The notes under the pieces are model-generated. The model saw only the letters and a list, made by a program, of their open reading frames with translations. It had not been told where the DNA came from and made no database searches. This document shows positions 38,023 through 47,321 of a stretch of DNA of 64,000 nt, piece after piece (position 1 is the stretch's first letter; each line of letters starts with the position of its first letter). This DNA comes from Desulfatiglandales bacterium. GTDB lineage: Bacteria; Desulfobacterota; DSM-4660; Desulfatiglandales; Desulfatiglandaceae. The stretch spans positions 3,360,001-3,424,000 of the forward strand of contig OY762721.1 in the NCBI GenBank assembly GCA_963666345.1, in the 5' to 3' direction. Both the position numbers and the translations under genes were made by a program.

Positions 38023-39276
38023 TTACAACATCTCAATGACGCAGGCCATGGAGACTCCACCACCTCCGCAGAGCGTGGCAAGGCCGAGATTTCCCCCCCT
38101 TTTTTTCATCGCATGGATCAGGGTGACTATTATTCTGCTTCCCGTTGATCCGACCGGATGACCCAACCCGATACCTGATCCGTTTACATTGGTTATTTCA
38201 CGATTAAGGCCCAGTTCTCTTTCAACACCAATGTATTGGGCCGCGAATGCTTCGTTTACCTCTGTAAGCTCAAAGTCGTCCATCTTGAAGTTCGGATTTC
38301 TTTTTAAAAGGTCCTTTACCGCGAGAACCGGGCTGAGTCCCATTACAGAGGGATGACAAGCGCCCCTTCCAAATCCTCTTATGCGGGCCAAAGGCTCAAG
38401 CCCGAGTTCCTTTGCTTTTTCCCTGGACATGATGATAAGGGCGCTGGCCCCGTCGTTTATGCCTGAAGAATTTCCTGCCGTCACCTTTCCGGTTTTGGGC
38501 AGAAAAGCGGGAGGGAGACTTCTCAGCTGCTCCATGGTCAGAGCCGGTCTGAAGTGCTCGTCCCTTTCAAAGAGCAGGGGAGGCTTGTTCCCTTTTTGAG
38601 GAATTTCAACCGGTACGATCTCCTCTTTGAAGTCGCCTTCCAAGGTCGCCCTTTCAGTATTGTTGTGACTCCTGAGCGCCACCTCATCCATCTCTTCGCG
38701 GCTTATGTCATGAAGCTGCGCGATAAACTCCGCTGTATGCCCCATTATGTAAGGCTTACCCTTAAAAAGTTCAAGCGGCATGCCTTCCTTTAAAGGGCCG
38801 TCTTCAGGGTGCGGTATAAGGTGAGACCCGCAGTGAAGGGCATGTATCATGGCGTCGACAAATACCTTGTCCTGCAGACGGCATCCCCAGCGGGCATCCG
38901 GAACGATATAGGGCACTCCCGACATCTGTTCGACTCCCCCCGCCAGTATAATATCGGCCATCTCAGACTGAATCATGGCCGCGCCTGAGATAACCGCTTC
39001 CATCCCTGAAATGCATACCCTGTTTATAGTAACCGCCGGTATATCGTCAGGTATGCCAGCGATGAGTGCCGATACCCTGGCCACGTTAAGGGCATCGACC
39101 GGTTCGATACAACAACCGAAGCGAATATCATCTATTATCCCCGGTTCAATAGAGGCGCGCCTTATGGCCTCTTTCATGACAACGCTGCCGAGTTCCGCCG
39201 CATTCAGATCCCGCAGTGAACCACCGAACGCCCCTATGGCTGTCCTGCAGGCGGAAACGATTACTACCTCTTTCAT
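38023..39276 (-). CDS. acetyl-CoA C-acyltransferase (thiolase)
   Basis: RTAIGAFGG, NRVCISG, TAGNSSGINDGA, NEAFA, GHPVG, LCGGGG. Confidence 0.95.
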   Translation of the reverse strand: MKEVVIVSACRTAIGAFGGSLRDLNAAELGSVVMKEAIRRASIEPGIIDDIRFGCCIEPVDALNVARVSALIAGIPDDIPAVTINRVCISGMEAVISGAAMIQSEMADIILAGGVEQMSGVPYIVPDARWGCRLQDKVFVDAMIHALHCGSHLIPHPEDGPLKEGMPLELFKGKPYIMGHTAEFIAQLHDISREEMDEVALRSHNNTERATLEGDFKEEIVPVEIPQKGNKPPLLFERDEHFRPALTMEQLRSLPPAFLPKTGKVTAGNSSGINDGASALIIMSREKAKELGLEPLARIRGFGRGACHPSVMGLSPVLAVKDLLKRNPNFKMDDFELTEVNEAFAAQYIGVERELGLNREITNVNGSGIGLGHPVGSTGSRIIVTLIHAMKKRGGNLGLATLCGGGGVSMACVIEML

Positions 39277-39755
39277 GCAGCCTCCTTTCGATCTGAAGGA
39301 TTGTGAGGCTCATCTCAAAAAGACCTGACAGGGTGGTAAAACAGTTTCGTTATACTGGCCGCCGGATGGAAAAGTCCGAATTACCTTTAATCAGGATGCG
39401 GGCCGGTACCCTCAATGATTTATCTTTAATCGCAGGGGTCTTGAATCAGCGGACGGGATTTTTGCCGACCGGTTTTTTTACCAGGCATTCACCAGTATCC
39501 ACGGCAAGACGATCCTAAGAAAGGAGGAGTTCCTCTCCAGTTTGGAGATGGATCAAGAAATCGGAAATCGAGTAAACAGCCGGAATATAAAAATGCCCGG
39601 TTAATTCAATCCCTGTTACGAAAGATCGGAAAAGGGCTAAATCAAATCTGTTGTGAGCGGTTCCTTTACTCGTATTATAAGACAGTTAAGGAATAAAAAT
39701 GAATGGTACTTCATTTTAGAAAATATTTATACTCCAGAGGGAAGGGCAAGTAAAG

Positions 39756-39780
39756 AAAAAACCCGCCGTTAGGCGGGTTT
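39756..39780 (-). terminator. intrinsic terminator of the small basic ORF
   Basis: Minus strand AAACCCGCC-TAAC-GGCGGGTTTTTT. Confidence 0.75.
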
Positions 39781-39823
39781 CATATATGAAGATACCCCTT
39801 GCTTTCGGGGAAAAGAAAAGGGG

Positions 39824-39964
39824 TTAAGCATTGTCCTTAGTAGACAGTTCTCTCATGATCTCGATGTTTTTCTGAAGTCGTTTCTGGTTGGCCTTGAGGT
39901 TGGCCTTGTTGGGCCTTTTCTTTCTGTTTCGGATTGCCGATGTCTTTTTACTGTTTGACGCCAT
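39824..39964 (-). CDS. small basic protein (46 aa), unannotated
   Basis: MASNSKKTSAIRNRKKRPNKANLKANQKRLQKNIEIMRELSTKDNA*; GGAGA RBS upstream and its own terminator downstream; below the ORF-track cutoff. Confidence 0.65.
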   Translation of the reverse strand: MASNSKKTSAIRNRKKRPNKANLKANQKRLQKNIEIMRELSTKDNA

Positions 39965-40061
39965 TTTTTTTCTCCGATTTAATATTTATGAATCCGTACC
40001 TTATTACTAACCTCTATTAATTTTGTCAATAACAAAAGGGAAAATATGTAAATAGGGACCT

Positions 40062-40898
40062 CTATGCATTTTCTCTTATGTAATCGACCGCGTTTCTGAA
40101 AAACCTGATGCCTTCGCCTTCGCCTGGAATTCGGCCTTTGCCTTTTTCAAAAAGTCGATCCCTGTCCCTTGTCCAGTCAGGATGATTGGTTACATGGTTG
40201 AATGCCTCAGGGTGGGGCATAAGACCGAAAATCTTTCCGCTCGGGTCGCATATGCCGGCTATATCGCCGATAGACCCATTAGGGTTGAGGGGCCATCTGC
40301 CTTCCGCTGCGTTGCCGTTTCCATCCGCGTACTGCAATGCAACCTGGTTGTTTTCAAAAAGCCGTTCGATCGTATGACCGGAGGCGTAGAATTTGCCCTC
40401 TCCATGCCTCACCGGCAGTTCGATGGAGGAGATGCCTCTTGTAAAAACGCATGGTGAATCAGGATTGATCTTGAGCCTTACCCATGTGTCTATGAAGTTT
40501 CCGGAATCGTTATAGGTTAGAGCTGTGCTGCGCTCGCCTTTGGTGCCTTGAAATCCCGGAAGGAGCCCCATGTTTACAAGGGTTTGAAACCCGTTGCAGA
40601 TCCCAAGTATGAGTTTCCCTTTTTCGATAAAGGCTTCGATCTGCTCACCCAGGTGGTTTTTCATCTTTGTCGCGAGAAGGATACCCGCTCCATGGTCATC
40701 CGCCCAGCTGAACCCTCCTCCAAAAACGAGTATGTCGTAATCCTCAAGTCTTACGGGGCTGTCGGATCCTTCAGATCTTATGAGTTCGTTGATGTGATGC
40801 CTGTGCGACTCAGCCCCGGCGGTAACCAGGGAAAAATCGGTTTCATAATCGCAATTGAGTCCATATCCTGTCAGGACGAGTGCTTTGACCTGTTTCAT
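40062..40898 (-). CDS. purQ: phosphoribosylformylglycinamidine synthase glutaminase subunit
   Basis: G.NCDYET, GGFS..D, GICNGFQ, HGEG, NPNGS, MPHPE. Confidence 0.95.
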   Translation of the reverse strand: MKQVKALVLTGYGLNCDYETDFSLVTAGAESHRHHINELIRSEGSDSPVRLEDYDILVFGGGFSWADDHGAGILLATKMKNHLGEQIEAFIEKGKLILGICNGFQTLVNMGLLPGFQGTKGERSTALTYNDSGNFIDTWVRLKINPDSPCVFTRGISSIELPVRHGEGKFYASGHTIERLFENNQVALQYADGNGNAAEGRWPLNPNGSIGDIAGICDPSGKIFGLMPHPEAFNHVTNHPDWTRDRDRLFEKGKGRIPGEGEGIRFFRNAVDYIRENA

Positions 40899-43888
40899 AT
40901 CAAATCCCCAAAAGGCCTTTTCCAGTAGTCTTTCATTTCCTCTATATCCAGATCAATTACCCGGCTGTTTCCAGGGCCTGTAACGGTAAAATGTCGTGAA
41001 TCAGTAACCTTTCCGATCATGCCGAAACTGAGGCCGGACAGCATATCCTCAAATGCCGCAGCCTTTTCAACGGCTATCGTTACTATGAATCTCCCGCATG
41101 ATTCCGAATAAAGCATCCGGGCGGGGGAAAGGTCCTCTTTTGCGGGTATTTTTTCAAGGTCGATCTGCATTCCCAGTTCACCCGCCATGGCGACCATGGC
41201 CAGGTGCACTACCAGACCACCCCTTGAAACGGCGTGACATGAGGAAACCGTACCCATTGAAATAGCTCGATGAAGCGCCTTGTAAAGAGGCATGAATTTT
41301 TCCGCGTCCACGCTTGGAACGTTGAGCCCCACGTAATTCATGAGCTGGTAAAATTCACTACCGCCGAGCTCATCCGCTGTCTCACCCAGCACATATATAT
41401 GATGGCCCGGTACCTTTGAGTCCATTGTCACGCAGGTGCCTATATCTTCAACAACGCTGTTGGCGGTAAACAGGAGGGTAGGCAGACCGGAAATCTTTCT
41501 CCTTTCGCCATAGGGGCCTTCCAGATTCCCGTCGATATACATGCTGTCTTTCCCTGACAAAAGAGGGATGCCGTAGCTGAGACAATAATCTCTGAGTGCC
41601 CAGTTGGCCCTCACGAGCTGGGCCGCCTTGTATCTTCCGTCCGGATTTTTTTTCGGATCATACTCCACCGTGGGCCAGCAGAAATTGTCCACTCCCCCTA
41701 TATGTTCGGGGTTCCCACCCACTGCCAGCACCCTCCTGACTGCTTCATCTATAACGGCGGCGGCCATGTGATAGGTGTCTATCCGGGAAAACCAGGGATT
41801 GATGGCCTGGGAGACTGCAATCCCCCTTTTTGAATCGAGTACCGGCCTTATTACGGAGGCATCGCTCGGTATGTCGCGGCCTTTTCCTACCAGAGGCTTT
41901 ATAACGCTTCCGCCCTGGACCTCATGGTCGTACTGCCTTGCGATCCAGTTGCGGGAGCATATATTGGGCCTTGAAAGCATATCAAGAAGAAGCCTGTCAT
42001 GATCGTCAGGTTCATTTATGACCGGCTCGCTCAGCCCCCTCAGTCGGGGAGGTATCCAGTGAGCGTCAAATTCCCACTGGGGGAAGTCCGATTTCAGAAG
42101 ATCCATGCGTACGTAGGCGCAGGTCTCACCATTGTAATCGAGCCTGAGAAAACCAGAATCATTATACTCGCCTATTACGGTGCTTTCAACGGCATGTTTT
42201 TTTGAAAGCCGCATGAATCTGTCGAGATTCGCCGGTGTTACGGCAACGGTCATCCTTTCCTGGGATTCCGAGACCCATATCTCCCACTGATCAAGCCCCT
42301 CGTATTTGAGCGGCACCTTGTCCAGATCTACCCTGCAGCCGTTACTGAATCGGGCCGATTCTCCGATCGAGCTGGACAGCCCCCCACCCCCGTTATCGGT
42401 GATATAGGTGATAAGCCCGTCATCCCTTGCCTCTATCAGAAAGTCGTGCATCTTTTTCTGGGTGTAAGGATCGCCTATCTGCACATGCCCGGCCGGCGTG
42501 TGTTCCGTGTAGGTCTCTGATGCGGCGGTAACACCATGTATGCCGTCCTTGCCGACCCTGCCCCCGCACATTATTATCAACTCTCCCGGTGACGTGGTCT
42601 TGAGGTGAGAAGATCGGCCGTCTGTGACGGAAGGCATTATGCCGAGTGCGGTGACAAAAACGAGACATTTTCCGAGGTAGCTTTCGTCAAACAGGAGCAA
42701 CCCGAAGGGGGTGGGGATGCCGCTCTTGTTGCCTCCGTCCCTAACTCCCTCGATAATACCGTCAAGCAGTCGGCGGGGGTGCAGGTGAGGTTTCAGATCC
42801 CCATCGTAGTCCCTGGGACCGACGCAGAAACCGTACATGCCCATGGTCAGCTTGGCGACCTTTCCGGTACCCATCGGGTCTCTGTATATGCCCACGATTC
42901 CGGTTATCGCACCTCCATAGGCCTCCATGTTAGAGGGGCTGTTATGGGTTTCACCGGTAATCACGTAATAATGATCATCATCGAATTTTCCCACTCCGGC
43001 ATTGTCCCACAGCACCGATACGACCCAGTCTTTTTCATCCTTTATCTTCAGTGTCGGCTGCTCAATGCAGGTTTCAAACAGACTGTCCACATCCTCCTTA
43101 TGCCCTGTTTCCAGGTCGCGATAGTGGAAAAGGCCGGTAAAGGTATTGTGGTTGCAGTGGTCGCTGCGGGCCTGGGAGATATATTCAAGTTCAACATCGG
43201 TGGGAAGTTCCAGCCCGACTCCTTTTCTTTCTTCGATAACGTCTTTTCTCAGGAAATATTCCCTTATCACGGGGATATCCCTGTCTTGAAGGGCCAGATT
43301 GCGTTCCTTGGACAGACCTCTCAGTTCCGCGTCACTTTTTATGGAGATCCTATGGACGCATGGTTCATGATCGAGGATCACTTTAGGCAGGAGAAATCCT
43401 ACCCCTTCGCTGTCATTCCATAGCCCTTTGGAGTAGACCTTCCACTGTTGAATGACCTCGTTTGCCAGGAGTTCCGCGGCGATTGTGTTGATCTGGGCCT
43501 CTGTGAGCGCTCCTTTGACTTCATAGAGCTTTGAGGTGTAAACTGCATTATTATGACCGAATTTTATTCCCAGGAGGTCTTCTATCGCCTCTTTTGCGGT
43601 GCTTCCTTCATTGTCTTTGACACCGGGACGAAAACCGGTCCAGATAAGCCAGTCAAAGTCTCCGGCCATGGGAGAAAATGAGGACTCCTCGGTTACAGGA
43701 TTGGTGAAGATCTCCTTGCTTATTCTCGTCAACTGGGCTCTATCAAGTTCGGCATCAATGGTCAGTATCCTGATCACCCTTATGTCATCGACAGAAAAAC
43801 CGAAATATTCTCTGGCCTTTCTTTTTATCCCGGAGCCCTCGGCATCCAAAAGATCTTTTTTAAGCCTTATCTCAAGTCTTGAAATCAT
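40895..43888 (-). CDS. purL: phosphoribosylformylglycinamidine synthase synthetase subunit (with N-terminal PurS-like region)
   Basis: SDHCNH, ETHNSPS, GKDGIHG, VQIGDP, SESQERM, QYDHEVQ, SGKDSM; ATG 43888 after AGGGA. Confidence 0.95.
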   Translation of the reverse strand: MISRLEIRLKKDLLDAEGSGIKRKAREYFGFSVDDIRVIRILTIDAELDRAQLTRISKEIFTNPVTEESSFSPMAGDFDWLIWTGFRPGVKDNEGSTAKEAIEDLLGIKFGHNNAVYTSKLYEVKGALTEAQINTIAAELLANEVIQQWKVYSKGLWNDSEGVGFLLPKVILDHEPCVHRISIKSDAELRGLSKERNLALQDRDIPVIREYFLRKDVIEERKGVGLELPTDVELEYISQARSDHCNHNTFTGLFHYRDLETGHKEDVDSLFETCIEQPTLKIKDEKDWVVSVLWDNAGVGKFDDDHYYVITGETHNSPSNMEAYGGAITGIVGIYRDPMGTGKVAKLTMGMYGFCVGPRDYDGDLKPHLHPRRLLDGIIEGVRDGGNKSGIPTPFGLLLFDESYLGKCLVFVTALGIMPSVTDGRSSHLKTTSPGELIIMCGGRVGKDGIHGVTAASETYTEHTPAGHVQIGDPYTQKKMHDFLIEARDDGLITYITDNGGGGLSSSIGESARFSNGCRVDLDKVPLKYEGLDQWEIWVSESQERMTVAVTPANLDRFMRLSKKHAVESTVIGEYNDSGFLRLDYNGETCAYVRMDLLKSDFPQWEFDAHWIPPRLRGLSEPVINEPDDHDRLLLDMLSRPNICSRNWIARQYDHEVQGGSVIKPLVGKGRDIPSDASVIRPVLDSKRGIAVSQAINPWFSRIDTYHMAAAVIDEAVRRVLAVGGNPEHIGGVDNFCWPTVEYDPKKNPDGRYKAAQLVRANWALRDYCLSYGIPLLSGKDSMYIDGNLEGPYGERRKISGLPTLLFTANSVVEDIGTCVTMDSKVPGHHIYVLGETADELGGSEFYQLMNYVGLNVPSVDAEKFMPLYKALHRAISMGTVSSCHAVSRGGLVVHLAMVAMAGELGMQIDLEKIPAKEDLSPARMLYSESCGRFIVTIAVEKAAAFEDMLSGLSFGMIGKVTDSRHFTVTGPGNSRVIDLDIEEMKDYWKRPFGDLI

Positions 43889-44020
43889 TGTTGATTCCCT
43901 GTCTGATCCGTCCTGTGCGAACGAGCCTTGCCGGAGGCGGGCAAGTCCACCACAGGCGTTCGATGGTTTATTCCCCCTAATCCTATGCGGGGGTTGCATT
44001 CCGGTAGTGGAAAACGCTGA
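43889..44020 (-). ncRNA. structured purL 5' leader, candidate riboswitch (class not recognised)
   Basis: 8-bp P1, two internal hairpins, a 6-bp pseudoknot and an alternative anti-SD pairing (see findings); lies between the predicted promoter and the purL start. Confidence 0.5.
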
Positions 44021-44025
44021 GACAA

Positions 44026-44054
44026 AGGGTAAATGAATTGCCCCGGTGAGTCAA
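44026..44054 (-). promoter_or_regulatory. putative sigma70 promoter of purLQ
   Basis: TTGACT (44049-44054), 17-bp spacer, TACCCT (44026-44031) on the minus strand. Confidence 0.5.
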
Positions 44055-44081
44055 TACAATTAGCCCTTGAGTTAATATGGC

Positions 44082-44097
44082 TTGAAATCCCATATTT
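44082..44097. repeat. attL core TTGAAATCCCATATTT
   Basis: Exact 16-bp direct repeat with 59461-59476, ~54 bp from the integrase stop. Confidence 0.85.
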
Positions 44098-44150
44098 TCT
44101 TACCTAATCTAAAAAAATAAATCAAATAAATTTAAGTGTTTAACTCGTTT

Positions 44151-44852
44151 TTAGTGCTTCCCGTTCCCTTCATTGCTAACGGTTTTGCTAACATTTTTCC
44201 TGAAGGTCTCTAATATCTTTATTGCCTGGATTTTGTCTTGATCGTCAATTCTGTCATACCTTGAATCCATATCTCTTGATGAATGTCCGGTGATTGACAT
44301 CCTGACAGATTTTGAAACTCCGGCCTTTCTTGCATCTGTGACAAAGGTATGCCTCAAGTCATGGAATATAAAACCACCTTTGACCCTTGATCCCCATTGA
44401 ATCCCGGCATCCTTGCAAGCCTTCATCATGGCTTTTCTGAAATAATTTATGTCTCTGTATTGAATAGAAAAAACATGATCGTCATGTATTGACCTAGGAA
44501 TCTTCTTAAGTATCTGGAAGGTCTCTTCTGATATCGGAATGCTTTTCTTTTTACTTTCCTTTGTGTCTTCAGCCTCAAGGGTTATCATTCTATGTTTTAG
44601 GTCCACCTTATCCCATGTCAGATTGACAATTTCACCTTTTCGCATCCCTGACCAGTACCCTAGGGATATAATACCTTCTAACGGTTTTTGAGAATGCTCA
44701 AAAAGGCTGCTGTATTCACTTACAGTCAATATCCTATCCCTGGCATTAGTATTTCCTTTGAGAAGTGACTTGACCCTTCTTAATGCCTTCAGTGGTTCGC
44801 CTGTTATCAGGTCGTTATCAAATGCCTTTATCACCATTGATTTCGTGTATTT
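44151..44852 (-). pseudogene. int: tyrosine integrase, catalytic domain intact but 5' part lost at the IS21 junction
   Basis: SGMRKGEI (R), TK (K), HDLRHTF (HxxR), TGH and RYD (Y). The ORF-track N-terminus MGQFWTP... is IS inverted-repeat sequence. Confidence 0.88.
44173..44198. repeat. integrase arm-type sites, left (TTGCTAAC x2)
   Basis: TTGCTAACGGTTTTGCTAACATTTTT; the same motif is tandem at 59305-59327. Confidence 0.65.
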
Positions 44853-44982
44853 TGTGAATGGTTTTTGGTTTAAGGCGGCATGCAAAAATGACCCACCTAT
44901 AGGGCGAATCGGCGTCCAAAATTGACCCACCCCTGAAAGCCTTCTATTCTGCTGTGACTATGGTAGAAGGAGGCGGAAAGGG

Positions 44983-46500
44983 ATGCTCACAGTGGAAACA
45001 ATCCGTAAGATACGATTAGCTGTTCTCAGAGATGGCAAATCCATACGTCAGACAGCGAAGGATCTGCGCCTTAGCAAAAATACAGTAAAAAAGGCGATAA
45101 GGAGCGGAGAAACATCTTTTCAGTACGAACGAAGCAACCAGCCAAGACCCAAGCTGGGGCCGTTTATAGACATGCTGAAAGGCTTTCTGGAAGAAGACGA
45201 GAAACTGCCCAAAAAACTGCGCAGGACAGCCCAGATACTTTTTGAAGAGCTGCAACTCAACGGCTACGAAGGTGGCTATGACAGCGTACGGAGATATGTT
45301 CAAAGATGGCGCCAGGATCAAAGGAGCTTGCCAAAGGAGGTATTTATACCTTTGGTATTTGATCCTGCAGAAGCCTTTCAGTTTGACTGGAGTCATGAGT
45401 GGGTAGATCTGGACGGAAGCAGAGTAAAGGCAAAGGTTGCACATATAAGGTTATGTCACAGCCGCTACTTCCTTTGTATTGCCTACCCCAGAGAAACCCA
45501 GGAGATGGTGTTTGATGCCCATATCAGGGCCTTTGAGTTTTTTGGGGGAGTTTGCCGTAAAGGCATCTATGACAATCTCAAAACAGTGGTTAACAAGATC
45601 CTGGGAGGAAGGGAAAGACAGTTCAACAGCCGCTTCAGCCAACTGTGTTCCCATTATTTATTTGAACCGGTAAGCTGCACCCCTGCTGCAGGTTGGGAAA
45701 AGGGTCAGGTGGAAAACCAGGTAGGTGTGGTCAGAAGGAGATTTTTCACTCCCCGAATCAAGGCCAGGGATTTCACACACCTAAACGAGCTGCTTAGAGA
45801 ACAATGCATCACCTGGGCAAAGACCCGTAAGCATCCAACAATATCTGATAAGACGGTTTGGCAGGTCTACAGTGAAGAGAGACCCTATCTGATAAATCTA
45901 CCACCTCTCTTTGATGGATATGCACAACGTCCAGCCAGGGTTACCCCCAGCTCACTTGTAACCTATGACCGGAACCGATACAGCGTTAATTGCAGCCAGG
46001 TGGGTAAAGCGGTCTATATGAGAGTATATGCCGATCGGATAGTGATAGTAAATAACGGTTGTATCGTAGGAGAGCATGATAGGCATTTTGGAAAGAACAA
46101 GACTATTTTTAATCCCTGGCATTATGTCCCGGTCCTTGAACGTAAGCCCGGGGCTCTCCGTAATGGAGCCCCCTTTAAAGACTGGCAACTTCCCGATCCT
46201 GTCGAAGGCGTCCTAAATGGGCTTCAAAACCGTTTTTCCGACTGGGACCGTCAGTTTGTGGCCATTCTAAATGCTGTTCCTTTCTACGGACTTGAGGCTG
46301 TAAGTAAAGCCTGTAAGGAGGCCCTAAAGATAAGGGCCGTAAGTAAAGAGGTGGTTCTCAATCTTTTAAACAGGGATCAGGATCAGGATTGCACGCCTGA
46401 TTTGGGTATCCCCTCCCATCTGATTCTCAAGCAAGAGCCCATAGCAGACTGCCGCCGCTATGAACGTTTGGTAAGGGAGGGATACCATGCTGCGCAATGA
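44983..46500 (+). CDS. istA: IS21 transposase
   Basis: N-terminal HTH; DDE triad FQFDW / YDNLK / WEKGQVE; RYSV. Confidence 0.96.
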   Translation: MLTVETIRKIRLAVLRDGKSIRQTAKDLRLSKNTVKKAIRSGETSFQYERSNQPRPKLGPFIDMLKGFLEEDEKLPKKLRRTAQILFEELQLNGYEGGYDSVRRYVQRWRQDQRSLPKEVFIPLVFDPAEAFQFDWSHEWVDLDGSRVKAKVAHIRLCHSRYFLCIAYPRETQEMVFDAHIRAFEFFGGVCRKGIYDNLKTVVNKILGGRERQFNSRFSQLCSHYLFEPVSCTPAAGWEKGQVENQVGVVRRRFFTPRIKARDFTHLNELLREQCITWAKTRKHPTISDKTVWQVYSEERPYLINLPPLFDGYAQRPARVTPSSLVTYDRNRYSVNCSQVGKAVYMRVYADRIVIVNNGCIVGEHDRHFGKNKTIFNPWHYVPVLERKPGALRNGAPFKDWQLPDPVEGVLNGLQNRFSDWDRQFVAILNAVPFYGLEAVSKACKEALKIRAVSKEVVLNLLNRDQDQDCTPDLGIPSHLILKQEPIADCRRYERLVREGYHAAQ

Positions 46501-47218
46501 TATCATGGACCAGATGGAAAAACTAAAGTTGCGGGGTATGCAGTCCATTTATGATGAAGTTGTCTCCAATGGACGCAAGAGCCATTCAACGCCTGAAAAG
46601 GTAATCCTGGAACTGCTCAAGGCTGAAGCTGCCGAAAGATATATAAGGAGTATCCGATATCGTATGGGACAGGCCAGGTTTCCTGTCCTTAAAGATATCG
46701 ATGGCTTTGATTTTAACGGGGCCTGTGTTGATGAAGCCCAGATTAGGTCTATTTATCAGGGTGATTTTATAGCCGAACATATCAACCTGATTTTTGTAGG
46801 TGGCACCGGTACGGGCAAAACCCATTTAGCCATAACTATAGCGGCCCAGGCCATAAGGAATGGCAGGAAGTGCAAGTTTTATAACCTGGTGGATCTGGCA
46901 AATGAGCTTGAGCAGGAGAAAATGATTGGATTGGCCGGCAAAATCACAGCAAGACTACTTCGATTTGATCTTGTGGTCCTCGATGAACTGGGTTATCTGC
47001 CTTTTTCCAAAAACGGCAGTCAACTGCTCTTTCATCTTATATCAAAACTCTACGAACAGACATCCATAGTAATCACCACCAACTTGACCTTCGGTGAATG
47101 GCCCCAAGTCTTTGGAGATAAAAAAATGACTACGGCCATGCTTGATCGGTTGACTCATCATTGTGAAATTATAGAAACAGGTAACGAAAGCTGGAGAATG
47201 AAACACGCAGCTTCATAG
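46487..47218 (+). CDS. istB: IS21 helper ATPase
   Basis: [33 protein letters not shown]. Confidence 0.96.
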   Translation: MLRNDIMDQMEKLKLRGMQSIYDEVVSNGRKSHSTPEKVILELLKAEAAERYIRSIRYRMGQARFPVLKDIDGFDFNGACVDEAQIRSIYQGDFIAEHINLIFVGGTGTGKTHLAITIAAQAIRNGRKCKFYNLVDLANELEQEKMIGLAGKITARLLRFDLVVLDELGYLPFSKNGSQLLFHLISKLYEQTSIVITTNLTFGEWPQVFGDKKMTTAMLDRLTHHCEIIETGNESWRMKHAAS

Positions 47219-47321
47219 ATAAAGAAGGGATCAACTACTCAACTATTTAACCATATTTTTTTCTCAGGGGTGGGTCAATTTTGGACGCCGATGATGGGTC
47301 AATTTTCAACGCCTATTGACA

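Larger units (their letters stand above)
44853..47321 (+). mobile_element. IS21-family insertion sequence, copy 1 (left IR interrupted by 16 bp)
   Basis: istA/istB; ends TGTGAAT...ATTGACA; multiple inner AAATTGACCCACC repeats; matches copy 2 from 44876 onward; no target duplication. Confidence 0.93.

Noticed and set aside
42605..43423. Long antisense ORFs (e.g. 272 aa opposite purL, 238 aa opposite the LivM-like gene)
   Set aside because: Shadow frames of well-supported genes, with no domain features
43889..43999. N-terminal extensions in the ORF track (purL, and likewise rpsB, ihfA, the deaminase and the binding protein)
   Set aside because: Downstream starts with an RBS match the family N-termini; the extensions run through leader or neighbouring sequence
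43889..44020. Assignment of the purL leader to the ZTP, purine, c-di-GMP-I or SAM-I riboswitch classes
   Set aside because: Only short look-alike words (GCCCGCC, AAACCAUCGAA); the class-defining conserved cores are absent
44060..44110. tRNA or tmRNA at the integration site
   Set aside because: No cloverleaf, T-loop (GTTCGA) or CCA end at either att copy
44853..44930. ORF-track starts MGQFWTP (integrase) and MGHFCMP (55003-56316)
   Set aside because: Both are read out of the IS21 left inverted repeat and are not native starts
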